A DNA stretch of 64,000 nucleotides, taken from NCBI GenBank assembly GCA_963663165.1, contig OY760175.1, forward strand, positions 1,920,001-1,984,000, written 5' to 3'. Positions within the stretch are counted from its first letter, which is position 1. Every line of letters starts with the position of its first letter. The DNA comes from an uncultured Desulfospira sp. GTDB lineage: Bacteria > Desulfobacterota > Desulfobacteria > Desulfobacterales > Desulfobacteraceae. The notes under the pieces are model-generated. The model was not told where the DNA came from, made no database searches, and saw only the letters and a program-made list of their open reading frames with translations. Positions 52,295-62,100 of the stretch are shown one piece after another. Made by a program: the position numbers and the translations under genes.

Positions 52295-52310
52295 TGGCAC
52301 AATTATTGCT
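52295..52310 (+). promoter_or_regulatory. sigma54 promoter
   Basis: TGGCAC-AATTA-TTGCT. Confidence 0.82.
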
Positions 52311-52415
52311 TAATATTCCTAAATTATTGCTAAATTATTGCTAATTGCCAATTATTGCATTTGATCAAAAATTATTATTTCTTTACCAGCGATTAAAAAA
52401 GGAGAAAATTTAACA

Positions 52416-53105
52416 ATGTTACCGTTGAAATTTGGGTGGACAGGTGTGTTGGTGATGTTCGTTTGTCTGGCAATTTACCAGCAGGTATCGGCTGCAAATT
52501 TAATCATCGAAAACGGCCAACTCATGGGGGCTAATAACGTCACAGTCAATGGCACCGATTACAATGTCCGGTTTGTAGAGGGATCGGCGCAGTCACTTTA
52601 TTACACTGATGATACATGGCATCTTATGTTTGGTTCATATGCCGATGCGTTAACGGCAGCCCAGGCCCTGGATGAGGTATTTGTGGATACCTTTGTAGAT
52701 ACCGAGGAGTATAAATTTGATTCTGATCCACTCCTGACATACGGTATCAGTGAAACCACAGTAAATGAACAACCATTCGCCCATGAAGGCTATATACTCG
52801 TCCCGTATCGTGTTTTTACATCCGGCCTCTCTCAGTATAAGAAGACATATGTGCAGAATGCCTATTTTCTCAACAGCTCTCCTGGGGCGTCGACAGACAC
52901 TGCCGGCGGAATTGCACAATTTGAGGTTGGTGTGGACATGACCGATGGCAATGAAGAAAATGAGCGGGCAACGCTTTATGTTTACACGACCTGGTCATTG
53001 TCCGGCACGCCCTACATTAACCCGGTTCCGGTTCCCGCCTCATATTTGCTGCTGGTTTCAGGGCTCATCGGCCTGGCCGGATTAAACAGAAAAACAAGAC
53101 CATAA
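52416..53105 (+). CDS. PEP-CTERM/VPLPA-CTERM exosortase substrate
   Basis: Signal peptide; C-terminal PVPVPASYLLLVSGLIGLAGLNRK. Confidence 0.88.
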   Translation: MLPLKFGWTGVLVMFVCLAIYQQVSAANLIIENGQLMGANNVTVNGTDYNVRFVEGSAQSLYYTDDTWHLMFGSYADALTAAQALDEVFVDTFVDTEEYKFDSDPLLTYGISETTVNEQPFAHEGYILVPYRVFTSGLSQYKKTYVQNAYFLNSSPGASTDTAGGIAQFEVGVDMTDGNEENERATLYVYTTWSLSGTPYINPVPVPASYLLLVSGLIGLAGLNRKTRP

Positions 53106-53119
53106 CTTCATGATGATCT

Positions 53120-53152
53120 GGGCAGGGCCGCCTTTTGTCCTGCGCCCTGCCC
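53120..53152 (+). terminator. Hairpin after the PEP-CTERM gene
   Basis: GGGCAGGGC...GCCCTGCCC. Confidence 0.45.
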
Positions 53153-53330
53153 GACTTTCCTAAATCGCTCTTCCGGGTTAGCCATTCAAATCCACGGATA
53201 AACCGTGTCTCAGTAAGCTTTGAAGAAACCATATGTCAAAAGAATTTGGTGTCAATTCAATGAATCAACCGCTTATCGGGGCGGATGTGCTGTTACTGAA
53301 CTTATCCGGTCCGGAAAAAGGGTTTTATGT

Positions 53331-53481
53331 AGCAAGTTAAAATAAGTTGTACAAATTGCGCCGAATTTTTCTTTGTTTTCAAGGCGGACAAAGGCGCACA
53401 TAACGAGCTATGTGTGCCTTTGTCCAACGAAGAAAACATCAGAAAAAGGCAAGTAAGGTGTATAAGTTATTTTAACTTGCT
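53331..53481. mobile_element. Palindromic MITE-like element (151 bp)
   Basis: 15-bp TIR AGCAAGTTAAAATAA; inner arms GGACAAAGGCGCACATA / TATGTGTGCCTTTGTCC. Confidence 0.8.
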
Positions 53482-53484
53482 GCC

Positions 53485-53913
53485 TTAGTTTGCCAAGGGC
53501 TTAAAGTCGCCTTTGGCCAAATCTTCTTTGCCTACAGGGCGTTTATTCCCGTCAGTTCCCAGGCAGGAAAGGGTGATCATCTCCGCCCACATCTTGCTTC
53601 CGCTTTCATCTTTCACCAGAACAAAGATGCTGTTGCCCTGTTCCTGATATTTAACGTATTCAACCCGGTTGTCATATTTTTGGCTGTCCATGATAAGGAC
53701 CCTTGCATCCTTTATCAATTCATCAGCATGAGCGGTATCGCCTTTTTCCCTGTACGTGGTTTCCTTTTGAAGGTCTTCTAATTCCCGGGCCACATAAGCC
53801 CCGTCCGAAAGAAGAATATTCGGTTCAAATGAAAACCATCCCCCCCATGCATTCCCCATAAGGGTTATCACTGCCACAGAAATAAAAACAGAACTTTTAA
53901 TCATTTCGCTCAT
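53485..53913 (-). CDS. Hypothetical exported protein
   Basis: Signal peptide; AGGAGG RBS. Confidence 0.7.
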   Translation of the reverse strand: MSEMIKSSVFISVAVITLMGNAWGGWFSFEPNILLSDGAYVARELEDLQKETTYREKGDTAHADELIKDARVLIMDSQKYDNRVEYVKYQEQGNSIFVLVKDESGSKMWAEMITLSCLGTDGNKRPVGKEDLAKGDFKPLAN

Positions 53914-54388
53914 GCTATCAGTCCTCCTTGTTTGACTGTTAAAATGAAACTAATTTTCACAATAGAGCATATATTTATGGAAAAATCAATGAATGAGATT
54001 CATAAAATAATAACAATTCAATAAAATCTGCCCTGATCCGAAAACAAGGGAACTTTTGTTTTTTTGTAACTAATCGGAATTCCGGGAGAATTCCGGGTAT
54101 AGGCTACCGTTTTTTGCATTGCTCCTGAGGTAAAATGGTATTTCGTCCCCGGAATTACCGCCGGAATTACCGATGACGACATTCTTTCGATCTGGAACTT
54201 TTCAGCACAAGGCTATGAGGATGATGTCTATCTCTCCTTATGGGCCGATTCAGTCGACGATATTCTGGATCTGACCATCTGGTATCTGGAGGGCGATGAA
54301 TGGGTTGAATATGATGCTGAAGACCTGACGAAACAAAGGGAAGTCCCCTGCCCTTTTCAGTCCAGGGCAGGGAAACGGGGCGGGTAGA

Positions 54389-55285
54389 TCAGGGTTTGGC
54401 TGAAAAGCTTACCGTGGCACCGTAGTAAATGGACTGGCACTTGTTGACCAGGTCCTTGAGTTCGTTATCCGGCGTGACCTTTTTTTCCACCATAACCGAG
54501 GCCACCCAGGCACCGGCCGTGGGCACCCGGATCTGGGCCTTGCCGTCCATGATATAGGCGGCCAGCATGTAGTTGTCAGGGGTCCCGAAAGTGTTTGATT
54601 TCATTAAAAGATAGTGCATCCCCTTCATGTCGCAGGTCAGGGGCTGCCCCTTGAGGGTCACGTTGAATTTGACCAGATCCCCGGCCCTCACCGTGGAAAG
54701 GTCGGTTTCGGGCATGAGTTCAAGGTCATGGCCGGCCGGCTCCGGTCTGGTCCACTGTTTGATCCCGAAATAGGATTTGGCCGTGGCCTTGTACCGGCAG
54801 CTGAACAAAAAGGACTTGGCATCCTTGATCTCGTCCATGGGTTTGGCAATCATCCGTTGTCTTCCCTTTTCGTTCACGTATCCGCTAAAGAAAGTGGCCT
54901 TGGATTCGGCCACCACCTGGTAGGTGCCCTCAAGGGTTTTGTCGGTTAAGGAAATTTTGCGAAGCCCCAGATCACCAGGGACAATGGTCATCCCGGTTCT
55001 GGAGTCAACCGCGGTTTCTTCTTTGATCACGGGCAGGGAAATGGGGGTAACGGACTGGTCCGGGCCCACCAGGTCGTACCGTTCAATATTGACCGCCCCG
55101 GCTTCGGACACAAGGAAGTCGTCCATGGGGACCGAATGGCCCCATCCAAGACTTACGATCACATGCCCCGGGGGATGGGCAAAAGATTCATTAATGTTTA
55201 CCCAGAGGGAATGGGCCATGGCCTGTCCGGCAAAAACAACGGTCAGGGCAGCAATTACAGCAACAGTTTTCAGCTTCCGGTTCAT
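54389..55285 (-). CDS. DUF4198 (NikK/CbiK-like) periplasmic protein
   Basis: AMA-HSLW; LGWGH; LELMP..L..GD..F.V...GQPL. Confidence 0.82.
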   Translation of the reverse strand: MNRKLKTVAVIAALTVVFAGQAMAHSLWVNINESFAHPPGHVIVSLGWGHSVPMDDFLVSEAGAVNIERYDLVGPDQSVTPISLPVIKEETAVDSRTGMTIVPGDLGLRKISLTDKTLEGTYQVVAESKATFFSGYVNEKGRQRMIAKPMDEIKDAKSFLFSCRYKATAKSYFGIKQWTRPEPAGHDLELMPETDLSTVRAGDLVKFNVTLKGQPLTCDMKGMHYLLMKSNTFGTPDNYMLAAYIMDGKAQIRVPTAGAWVASVMVEKKVTPDNELKDLVNKCQSIYYGATVSFSAKP

Positions 55286-55383
55286 TTAATTCTTCTCCTT
55301 TTTTAGGTTACCAAGTTATAGGGACTGAGGCTAAAGGCCATCAGGCACCTTTCATCCTTCATCCTTTCATTATCCTTCATCCT

Positions 55384-55710
55384 TTACTTCCCGGTCCCTG
55401 CAGGCCCTTCCTGCCGGACGGTATGTCCGGGGCCGCCGTCCAGAAAGACCGTATAAGGCTGGGCCGGGATCTTAAACTCAACCTCGCCGTTTTCATCCAA
55501 TACAAATTTTTGAATCACCTTCTGATTGTCATCCAAAAGGAACAAGGGAAGACCGGCCGCCAATGCCCCTGTGGAAAACATCCCTTCCACGGACACGGTG
55601 CCGTCTTCATTGTCTGTCAGGTTCATAAAAATGGTGTGGCCAAAGACAGGGCCCGTGGCAAGCAGCAGGACAATGAGCGCAGCCATCAGGGTTAATCCGC
55701 TTTTCTTCAT
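55384..55710 (-). CDS. Small exported protein, NikL/CbiL N-domain-like
   Basis: VFG-H; EGMFSTG; LDENGEVEF; DGGPGH. Confidence 0.7.
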   Translation of the reverse strand: MKKSGLTLMAALIVLLLATGPVFGHTIFMNLTDNEDGTVSVEGMFSTGALAAGLPLFLLDDNQKVIQKFVLDENGEVEFKIPAQPYTVFLDGGPGHTVRQEGPAGTGK

Positions 55711-56290
55711 TGGGTTACCTCTTTGTTTACAGGTTGAAATCTTCTTCTCCTAACATGCACCATCGGCAAAATTCTACCCGGATCGGTAACTTTTCTGCCC
55801 GGATCAGGATTTTAGCAGGGGATAATCTTAACCATCTTTCACCAAAATTTGCCAGCCGGCCGCTGACATACATTGCTGATTTAGTTACCTTCCCCTTATG
55901 ATATTTCCATATTTAACAAAGGATTTCAATGCCGGTCAAGTAATATAACACATACAAGGCTTCAGTACGTAAAGTTCAATTTGAGAAGGGTAAAACCGGC
56001 TGTCATATTGAAAGAAGAGAAAATAATGGTGGAACCCTTTGGCCAAACCTATTTGACATATATTTTCCCGCGGTTTGAAAAATTTATAAAAAGCCTGATA
56101 TGGTCTTTCATGTGGGACCGGTGTCCGACCAAAGGTTACGCGCCCCATTGGGATGCGGCCTTGATTCCCCAAAAGTTTATCCGGCGGATTAAACCCTGAT
56201 TGCCAGAACAGGGTGTTATATGATAGACAACTAAGACTTCAGGACATATCCGGGTGCCATTTATAAACCAAACATAAAGGCCGTCAGGCA

Positions 56291-56704
56291 ATGGAAATTA
56301 AAAGATTATCCAAAATTATTGTAGAATTTTATGAGAAATTATCTTCCTGGGAGGATTCCGTAGTCCGGGACAGCGGGCTGACCACCACCCAGGCCCATAC
56401 CATTGAAATTGTGGGGCATTCCGGCCCCATCAAAATGAAAGACCTGGCAGAAAAAAGCGGGGTCACCACCGGGACCCTGACGGTAGGGGTGGACCGGCTG
56501 GAAAAAAAGGGCCTCTTGGTTCGAAAGCCCCATGAAAAGGACCGGCGGGCTTATCTCATTGACCTGACCGATGAAGGGAAAAAACATTTTGAACTGCACC
56601 ACCAGTTCCACCTGAGCATGACCCAGGAACTGGTAGAAGATTTAGATCCGGATGATATAGACCGGTTTGCAGGAATTCTTGAAAAGATATTAAAGAAGAT
56701 ATAA
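56291..56704 (+). CDS. MarR-family regulator
   Basis: LAEKSGVTTGTLTVGVDRLEKKGL..DRR..LTDEG. Confidence 0.92.
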   Translation: MEIKRLSKIIVEFYEKLSSWEDSVVRDSGLTTTQAHTIEIVGHSGPIKMKDLAEKSGVTTGTLTVGVDRLEKKGLLVRKPHEKDRRAYLIDLTDEGKKHFELHHQFHLSMTQELVEDLDPDDIDRFAGILEKILKKI

Positions 56705-56706
56705 TC

Positions 56707-56752
56707 GGCTTCCGGTTTGATGAGAGAACAGCAACCCCATCAAACCGGAGCC
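56707..56752. terminator. Hairpin after marR
   Basis: TCCGGTTTGATG...CATCAAACCGGA. Confidence 0.5.
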
Positions 56753-57041
56753 ATTTAAGCCGCTATTTCCTGGTCATGGGTTTGCCGCAGCAGGGAAAGG
56801 TGCCATGAGAGCAAAACAGCAGGGCAAGAGATGCGAGGGCTCTGCAGGCTTTAGCGGGGAATTAATTTTTATAATGTATATTGTTGAGACTTGGGATATG
56901 GGATATGGGACTTGGGGAGGCCGTGGATGCCGCAATCCCCAGGTCCCATATCCCAAGTCCCAAGTCCAATTTTTTGGAGATTATCCCTACCCCAGGATTT
57001 GTTTAAAGATAAGGCCGACAAGAATTTTTGAGATGATCTGT

Positions 57042-57761
57042 TTATTCCGTCCGGCAGCAGGCGTGGAATTCATCCGACCGGCTTTTAAAGTTGATTTCGC
57101 CGTTTTTCATGGCGAAAATATCCCGTGTAGTCCGGACCAGAAAATCAAATTCGTGGGATACGACCACATACCCAATGTCCAGTTCGTCCAGAACCTCAAT
57201 CATCCGTTCAACGGTTTTTTCATCCAGGCCGGTGGTGGGCTCGTCCAGGAGCAGGACCTCGGGTTCCATGACCAGAACCGTGGCAAGGGAAACCAACTTT
57301 TTTTCCCCGCCTGACAGTTTATAGGTAATCCGGTCTTCAAAGCCTTCAAGGTTCAACCGCCTGAGCATATTCCGGGACTGTTCAACGGCCTGTTCAGGGG
57401 ATTTTCCCATATTCAGCAGCCCAAAGGCCACATCCTCAATTACGGTGGGGGAAAACAGCTGGTCATCAGCGTTTTGAAACACAAACCCCAGCCGGCTGCG
57501 GGCGTATCTGAAATCTTTTTCATTTTCCATGGTCCGGCCAAACAGGGTGACCGTGCCGGATTCGGCTTTCAACAACCCCATCAGAAGGTGCATGAACGTG
57601 GATTTCCCGCTGCCGTTCGGGCCGATCAGGCCCAACCGTTCACTTTTGCGCAGCTGAAAATTAAGATGGTCCAAGACCCGGCCCCGGCCGGGATAAGAAA
57701 AACAGATGTCCTTAAGGTCAATTAAAAGATCATCGGATTGAACAATGTCGGATTCAGCCAT
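57042..57761 (-). CDS. cbiO: Co/Ni ECF ATPase
   Basis: GPNGSGKS, FQNADDQLF, LSGGEKK, LLLDEPT. Confidence 0.9.
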   Translation of the reverse strand: MAESDIVQSDDLLIDLKDICFSYPGRGRVLDHLNFQLRKSERLGLIGPNGSGKSTFMHLLMGLLKAESGTVTLFGRTMENEKDFRYARSRLGFVFQNADDQLFSPTVIEDVAFGLLNMGKSPEQAVEQSRNMLRRLNLEGFEDRITYKLSGGEKKLVSLATVLVMEPEVLLLDEPTTGLDEKTVERMIEVLDELDIGYVVVSHEFDFLVRTTRDIFAMKNGEINFKSRSDEFHACCRTE

Positions 57762-58501
57762 TCCAGATTCCCCAGCAAAATTAAAATAATTATAAACCCG
57801 GCCGCCCAGGCCCGGTCAAGCTTTGAAAATTCAAATTGGTGCAGGCAGTAAAATTTACCTTTAAACCCCCGGCAAAGCATGGACTGGTACACCCGGTCCG
57901 CCCGTGCCGAAGCCCGGACTAAAAGCATGCCAAACAAATAGGCATAACTTCTGTACGTATGCAGATTGGTTTTGGGCTCAAACCCCCTGACCTTCATGGC
58001 GCAGCTCAGGCGCCGGTACTCCTGTTCCAGTACAAACACATACCGGTAGGCAATGAGCAGCAGATAGACAATTTTTTGAGGCATGTGCAGCCGGTTTAAG
58101 GCATTGCCTAAAGTGGCAATGGTCATGGTGGACACCAGGGCAATAAAGGCCAGGAGAATGGCATTGGATTTAAGGGTGATCTGAAGCGCCAGGATCACCC
58201 CTTCCCGGGCACAGTCCAGGGGGCCGACGGTGAACAGCACGGTTCCCTCAAAGGTAAAGGGCAGGACCAGGAGCAGCGCCAGGTTAAACCCGTTGATCAC
58301 GCTCAGCCGCTTGGCCGCTTCTTTTACGGGAATTCGGGACATACCGACCAGGATAAGGGACAGCACAAGGCCTGCCGCCATGGCGGAAAAAGATTTGGAA
58401 ACCGCCAGAAAAAAGGAAAACAGGACAGCAAATACAATCCTGAGCCTCGGGTCAAGGCGGTGGAGAACAGAATCTCCGGTGGCAAAGGCTTCGCTGAGCA
58501 T
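57722..58501 (-). CDS. cbiQ: Co/Ni ECF T component
   Basis: LHRLDPR, YRY, VRGF, CRGF. Confidence 0.9.
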   Translation of the reverse strand: MLSEAFATGDSVLHRLDPRLRIVFAVLFSFFLAVSKSFSAMAAGLVLSLILVGMSRIPVKEAAKRLSVINGFNLALLLVLPFTFEGTVLFTVGPLDCAREGVILALQITLKSNAILLAFIALVSTMTIATLGNALNRLHMPQKIVYLLLIAYRYVFVLEQEYRRLSCAMKVRGFEPKTNLHTYRSYAYLFGMLLVRASARADRVYQSMLCRGFKGKFYCLHQFEFSKLDRAWAAGFIIILILLGNLEWLNPTLFNPMIF

Positions 58502-58512
58502 AAATCTCCTTT

Positions 58513-59148
58513 TTAATCTTCTTTTCTTTTCCGGTAATTAAAATAGGCTCCCAAGCCGACCAGCCCGAGAATATAGCCGATTCCCCCGGCAATATCCTTG
58601 AATTCGGGCCCCACATCCTCTTTTTGGGCCAGTCTTCTGATAATGGGTTTGAGTTTTTTATCCAGGGATTTTTCCACAATCCGCTCAATTTCTTTGGCAC
58701 TGACCGAAGCCACCGCAGGTGTGCCTGCAGGTGCGGCCAAAGCTTGAGCCGATGCGGGTTGGGCTGCCTGATCCGCTCTCACGGCCGTGGACGGTTCATC
58801 GGGAAAGGCGGCCTGGACATCTTCTAAAGGGATATAGGCCTCGGTCTGGTGTCCCATACCGGCGTTAACTTTAAGTTTTAAAGCACATTTTTTGGGAATT
58901 TTAAAGGAATATTCGCCCTGATCGTTGGTCTTTCCTTTGAGCAGTTCATTGCCGACATCGTCAAATACGGTGACTTCAGCATTTTTAGCCAAAGATCCGT
59001 CACCAAAGCCTGCTTCAAGAAAGGCGGAATCCTCCTCGACCCAGGCAGTCATGAAAATTTTATGGGCCATGGCCGGCAGGGCCGTTATCAGCGAAGCGCA
59101 CACCAGCATAACCAGCGGCAGGGTGATGCGCATGGTCTTATTCAACAT
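58513..59148 (-). CDS. Co/Ni transport accessory protein (NikL/CbiL-like)
   Basis: AMA-H; NAGMGH; C-terminal TM GGIGYILGL. Confidence 0.82.
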   Translation of the reverse strand: MLNKTMRITLPLVMLVCASLITALPAMAHKIFMTAWVEEDSAFLEAGFGDGSLAKNAEVTVFDDVGNELLKGKTNDQGEYSFKIPKKCALKLKVNAGMGHQTEAYIPLEDVQAAFPDEPSTAVRADQAAQPASAQALAAPAGTPAVASVSAKEIERIVEKSLDKKLKPIIRRLAQKEDVGPEFKDIAGGIGYILGLVGLGAYFNYRKRKED

Positions 59149-59183
59149 TAATCTCTCTCCTTAAACTTGATTGGCCGGCCGCT

Positions 59184-59795
59184 TTAAACCTTTCTGGCAG
59201 CCCCGGGGATGGCGTCCGGCTGAACTTTTTTCAAAAATCCCACGCAGCATGCCGTGACCACGCCCTCTATAATCATCACCGGTATATGGGCGGTGATCAC
59301 CAGGGCGGCCACTTCAAAAAAACTTTTTTCCGTGAAAATAAGGGAAACTGCCACCATGAGGGCCGTTAAAAAAACCGAAACAAACCCGCAGGCAAAAGCG
59401 GCACCAACCGCAAATTTTGAATCTTTGTGAACCAGGGGGCCAAAAATATAAAAGCACAAGACGGCTGGGCCTGCCACATTCAGGGTATTGACCCCAAGCA
59501 CGGTGATGCCGCCGAACTGGAAGAACATGGCCTGCAGGGCAAGGCCCACCAGAACCGCCGGGAACGCTCCCCACCCCAGCAACAGCCCCAAAATGCCGTT
59601 GAGCAGCAGATGGACACTTGAAGGGCCGACAGGGACATGAATCAGGGATGCCATGAAAAAAGCAGCCGATAAAATCCCCACCTGGGCCATGCGGTCATAA
59701 TCTAATTTTTTTAATCCAATGGCAGTACCTGCGGCTGTTAAAGCTCCGCCGCTTAGAAGAACCGGTGCGGAAAGCACCCCTTCTGAGATATGCAT
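59184..59795 (-). CDS. cbiM: Co/Ni ECF S component
   Basis: N-terminus MHISEG; SVHLLLNG; FGGITVLGVN. Confidence 0.93.
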   Translation of the reverse strand: MHISEGVLSAPVLLSGGALTAAGTAIGLKKLDYDRMAQVGILSAAFFMASLIHVPVGPSSVHLLLNGILGLLLGWGAFPAVLVGLALQAMFFQFGGITVLGVNTLNVAGPAVLCFYIFGPLVHKDSKFAVGAAFACGFVSVFLTALMVAVSLIFTEKSFFEVAALVITAHIPVMIIEGVVTACCVGFLKKVQPDAIPGAARKV

Positions 59796-59853
59796 GAAAA
59801 TTTTACTCCGTTGGTTGTCTTTTAGCTGTTAGCTGTTAGCGTTGGATGCCGGT

Positions 59854-60657
59854 CTATTTCATTTGCGTGACTTCAACCCAAATTACGGCGTCCTGGGAAA
59901 GTTCCTTTCCATCAAATTCTTTTACCGGGCCAGCCCCTAAGGCGCAAAATCCCCACCATCCGGCCTTGGGCAACCCATAAGAAAACTCGCCCAAGCTGTT
60001 GCTTTTAATGGTGGTGGGCCAGACAAAAGTGGGCCTGGTTGAAGCATTTTCTTCTTTGGCAAAGCAGTTTTGAGCCATATCCGGGGTATGGTTCATATAT
60101 TCGACTTCAATATCACAAAAAGGAACCGGCTTGCCATCCCCTTTGACAATACCGGTAAAGACATTTCCTACCAGCATGGCATAGGGTTTGGTTAAGGGAA
60201 CGATCTCCGCTTCCAGCCCGACTTCGGCATCCCAGTCCGTGGGAAGGCCGCCGACATTGACCACGGTTTTGGCAATCTGCTGGATATAAATCCCGTCGGC
60301 CTCTTCAAAGTAGGCCACGGGTTTAAGACAGAACAGCCAGTCCCCCATCCCCCTTAACTTATAGGCGGTTTCAAAGGCCTGGGCTGAATTGGTCAGGCTT
60401 GTCCAGGTAATGGGCTTCAAGGTTGAGGTCAGGTCTGTCTTTTTTCCTTTATGGATGGTGAAAAAAAATTCCGGCGTTTCCATCTTCATGGTATGCCCGG
60501 CGTCATAGGGGTGGGTGAATACCATTTTCAAATTCATTTGCCCGCCCCTGGCCCGGGCCATTTCCGGGGTATAAATCATTTGAAAGTGGGCAAAACAAGT
60601 TGAGGTGAACATGAGAACCATTACAAAGAAAAAAATTCTGACTATGTGGTTGTTCAT
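59854..60657 (-). CDS. DUF4198 (NikK/CbiK-like) periplasmic protein
   Basis: CFA-HFQM; FTHP; EIVPLTKPY; GWWGF. Confidence 0.88.
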   Translation of the reverse strand: MNNHIVRIFFFVMVLMFTSTCFAHFQMIYTPEMARARGGQMNLKMVFTHPYDAGHTMKMETPEFFFTIHKGKKTDLTSTLKPITWTSLTNSAQAFETAYKLRGMGDWLFCLKPVAYFEEADGIYIQQIAKTVVNVGGLPTDWDAEVGLEAEIVPLTKPYAMLVGNVFTGIVKGDGKPVPFCDIEVEYMNHTPDMAQNCFAKEENASTRPTFVWPTTIKSNSLGEFSYGLPKAGWWGFCALGAGPVKEFDGKELSQDAVIWVEVTQMK

Positions 60658-60950
60658 TTTATCTCCTTAATACGATTTGCTATGGCGGTTTGATGTTAGC
60701 CCTTAGCGGTTGAGTACCAGCTGTCAGAAGCAGCTGATAGCTCTCAGAGATAAACCACTTTGCTCATTTTTACAAGGTTTAAAAAAAGATATCCAATTAA
60801 AATAATTGGGATTTCAAACTATTTGATAGAAAGATTATAAGCTGGTCGGGACTACCTTTCAGGTGATACTGACGACACTTAAAACCACCTCATTTCCAGG
60901 AACTTTCACAATTTTATGGGAAACTGAAGACCAGGGAACGGGCGTTGCGA

Positions 60951-61463
60951 TCAAAACCCAAACACGCCAAAATCAATGGCTTCGTTCTGACGATGGCTGC
61001 ACTTTCCGGTCATTTTATCCACGGTAATTTCCAGAAACGGCGACGGCGTATCCGGACGGCAGAATTTTTCAGCGGCTTTGGAATAGTCCGAATTCATGAC
61101 CTTCCCGAGTTTTTCCCAGCCCGATTTCATCTGTTCGCTGTCCCGGACCACTGTGGCGGTCCCGAAAAAGGAAGCCCCCAACCAGCAGGAAAGGTCTTTG
61201 CTTGTTAAGGTGATTTTAAGCAGCACCTTGGGATTGGTGCGGATATTTTTCATGGTGGTGCCTTTAGGGTTGATCATGAATCCGATGCGGTTTTGGGCCG
61301 GCAGAAAATAGGTGGCTTCAATGGCAAAGGGGGCGTTATCCTTATCCACCGTGCAAATGGAAGCCCAGTTGCCATGCTCAAGGGCTAAAAGGATCTCTTC
61401 AGATGTCATGTTGCGCAAGGTTGTTTTTCCTTTTTGTAAGGGGGTTAGACTGAAGGGTATCAA
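60951..61463 (-). CDS. Pyridoxamine 5'-phosphate oxidase-like (split-barrel) protein
   Basis: ICTVD..PF; NIRTNPKV; MTGK. Confidence 0.7.
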   Translation of the reverse strand: MIPFSLTPLQKGKTTLRNMTSEEILLALEHGNWASICTVDKDNAPFAIEATYFLPAQNRIGFMINPKGTTMKNIRTNPKVLLKITLTSKDLSCWLGASFFGTATVVRDSEQMKSGWEKLGKVMNSDYSKAAEKFCRPDTPSPFLEITVDKMTGKCSHRQNEAIDFGVFGF

Positions 61464-61484
61464 GCACCTCCTTCAGTCTTCAGC

Positions 61485-61994
61485 CTATTTTCCTATTCCA
61501 TCCACAATCCCGGCAATAAATGCCCTGGCCTGTTCCAGATCCTTTTCATCGGGGTGTTTTTCAGCTTCTTTGAGCCGGGCCTGGCGTTCCGGGGTCATGG
61601 AGTGGTGGGGATCATTTTTCATCCGGCTCATCATTTCAATGATCTTGGGGTCCACCTTTCCCTGACACAAGAAATCCCCTAAAATAGTGTTGGCCGCCAG
61701 CAGCTCTTTTACTTTTTTACGGCAGCTGTCGGCATGTTCCGAATCCGGTTCCGCGCCCAGGGTGCCGAACAAAGCAACGGACTTGTTCTTAACTTTTTCA
61801 AAAAACGTTCTGGACTTTTCATCGGCCGTGCCCTTATCCACCCAGTATCCCAGGACCACCAGATCATGGGATTCAATATCCGGGTCTGCTTCCACGGCAA
61901 CGATATCCTTGGGCTCAGGCAGGGCTTCAAAAAGGGCATTGGCCACTTTCTGGGTGTTTCCGGTCCGGCTGGAAAAAACTACAATAGATTTCAT
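61485..61994 (-). CDS. Flavodoxin-family protein
   Basis: SSRTGNT, GYWVDKG, FGTLGA, CQGK, HPDEKD. Confidence 0.88.
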   Translation of the reverse strand: MKSIVVFSSRTGNTQKVANALFEALPEPKDIVAVEADPDIESHDLVVLGYWVDKGTADEKSRTFFEKVKNKSVALFGTLGAEPDSEHADSCRKKVKELLAANTILGDFLCQGKVDPKIIEMMSRMKNDPHHSMTPERQARLKEAEKHPDEKDLEQARAFIAGIVDGIGK

Positions 61995-62100
61995 TTTCTA
62001 TTCCTTGAATTAGTGATTAGCTGTTAGTGATTAGCTGTTAGCTGTTAGCCTTTAGCTTTTAGCCTTTAGTGATAGCTGTCAGTTCCTGGCATTTCATCCT

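Noticed and set aside
53330..53346. TAGCAAGTTAAAATAAG matches part of the S. pyogenes tracrRNA/sgRNA scaffold
   Set aside because: The match stops after 17 nt, is one arm of the MITE inverted repeat, and no cas genes or array are present; treated as coincidence
55981..56199. 72-aa ORF upstream of marR
   Set aside because: No motif or other support; lies in a divergent promoter region
56760..56860. GGCAAACCC on the minus strand suggesting a c-di-GMP-I riboswitch
   Set aside because: The second hairpin and GCAAA motif are absent, and it is not in a 5' leader
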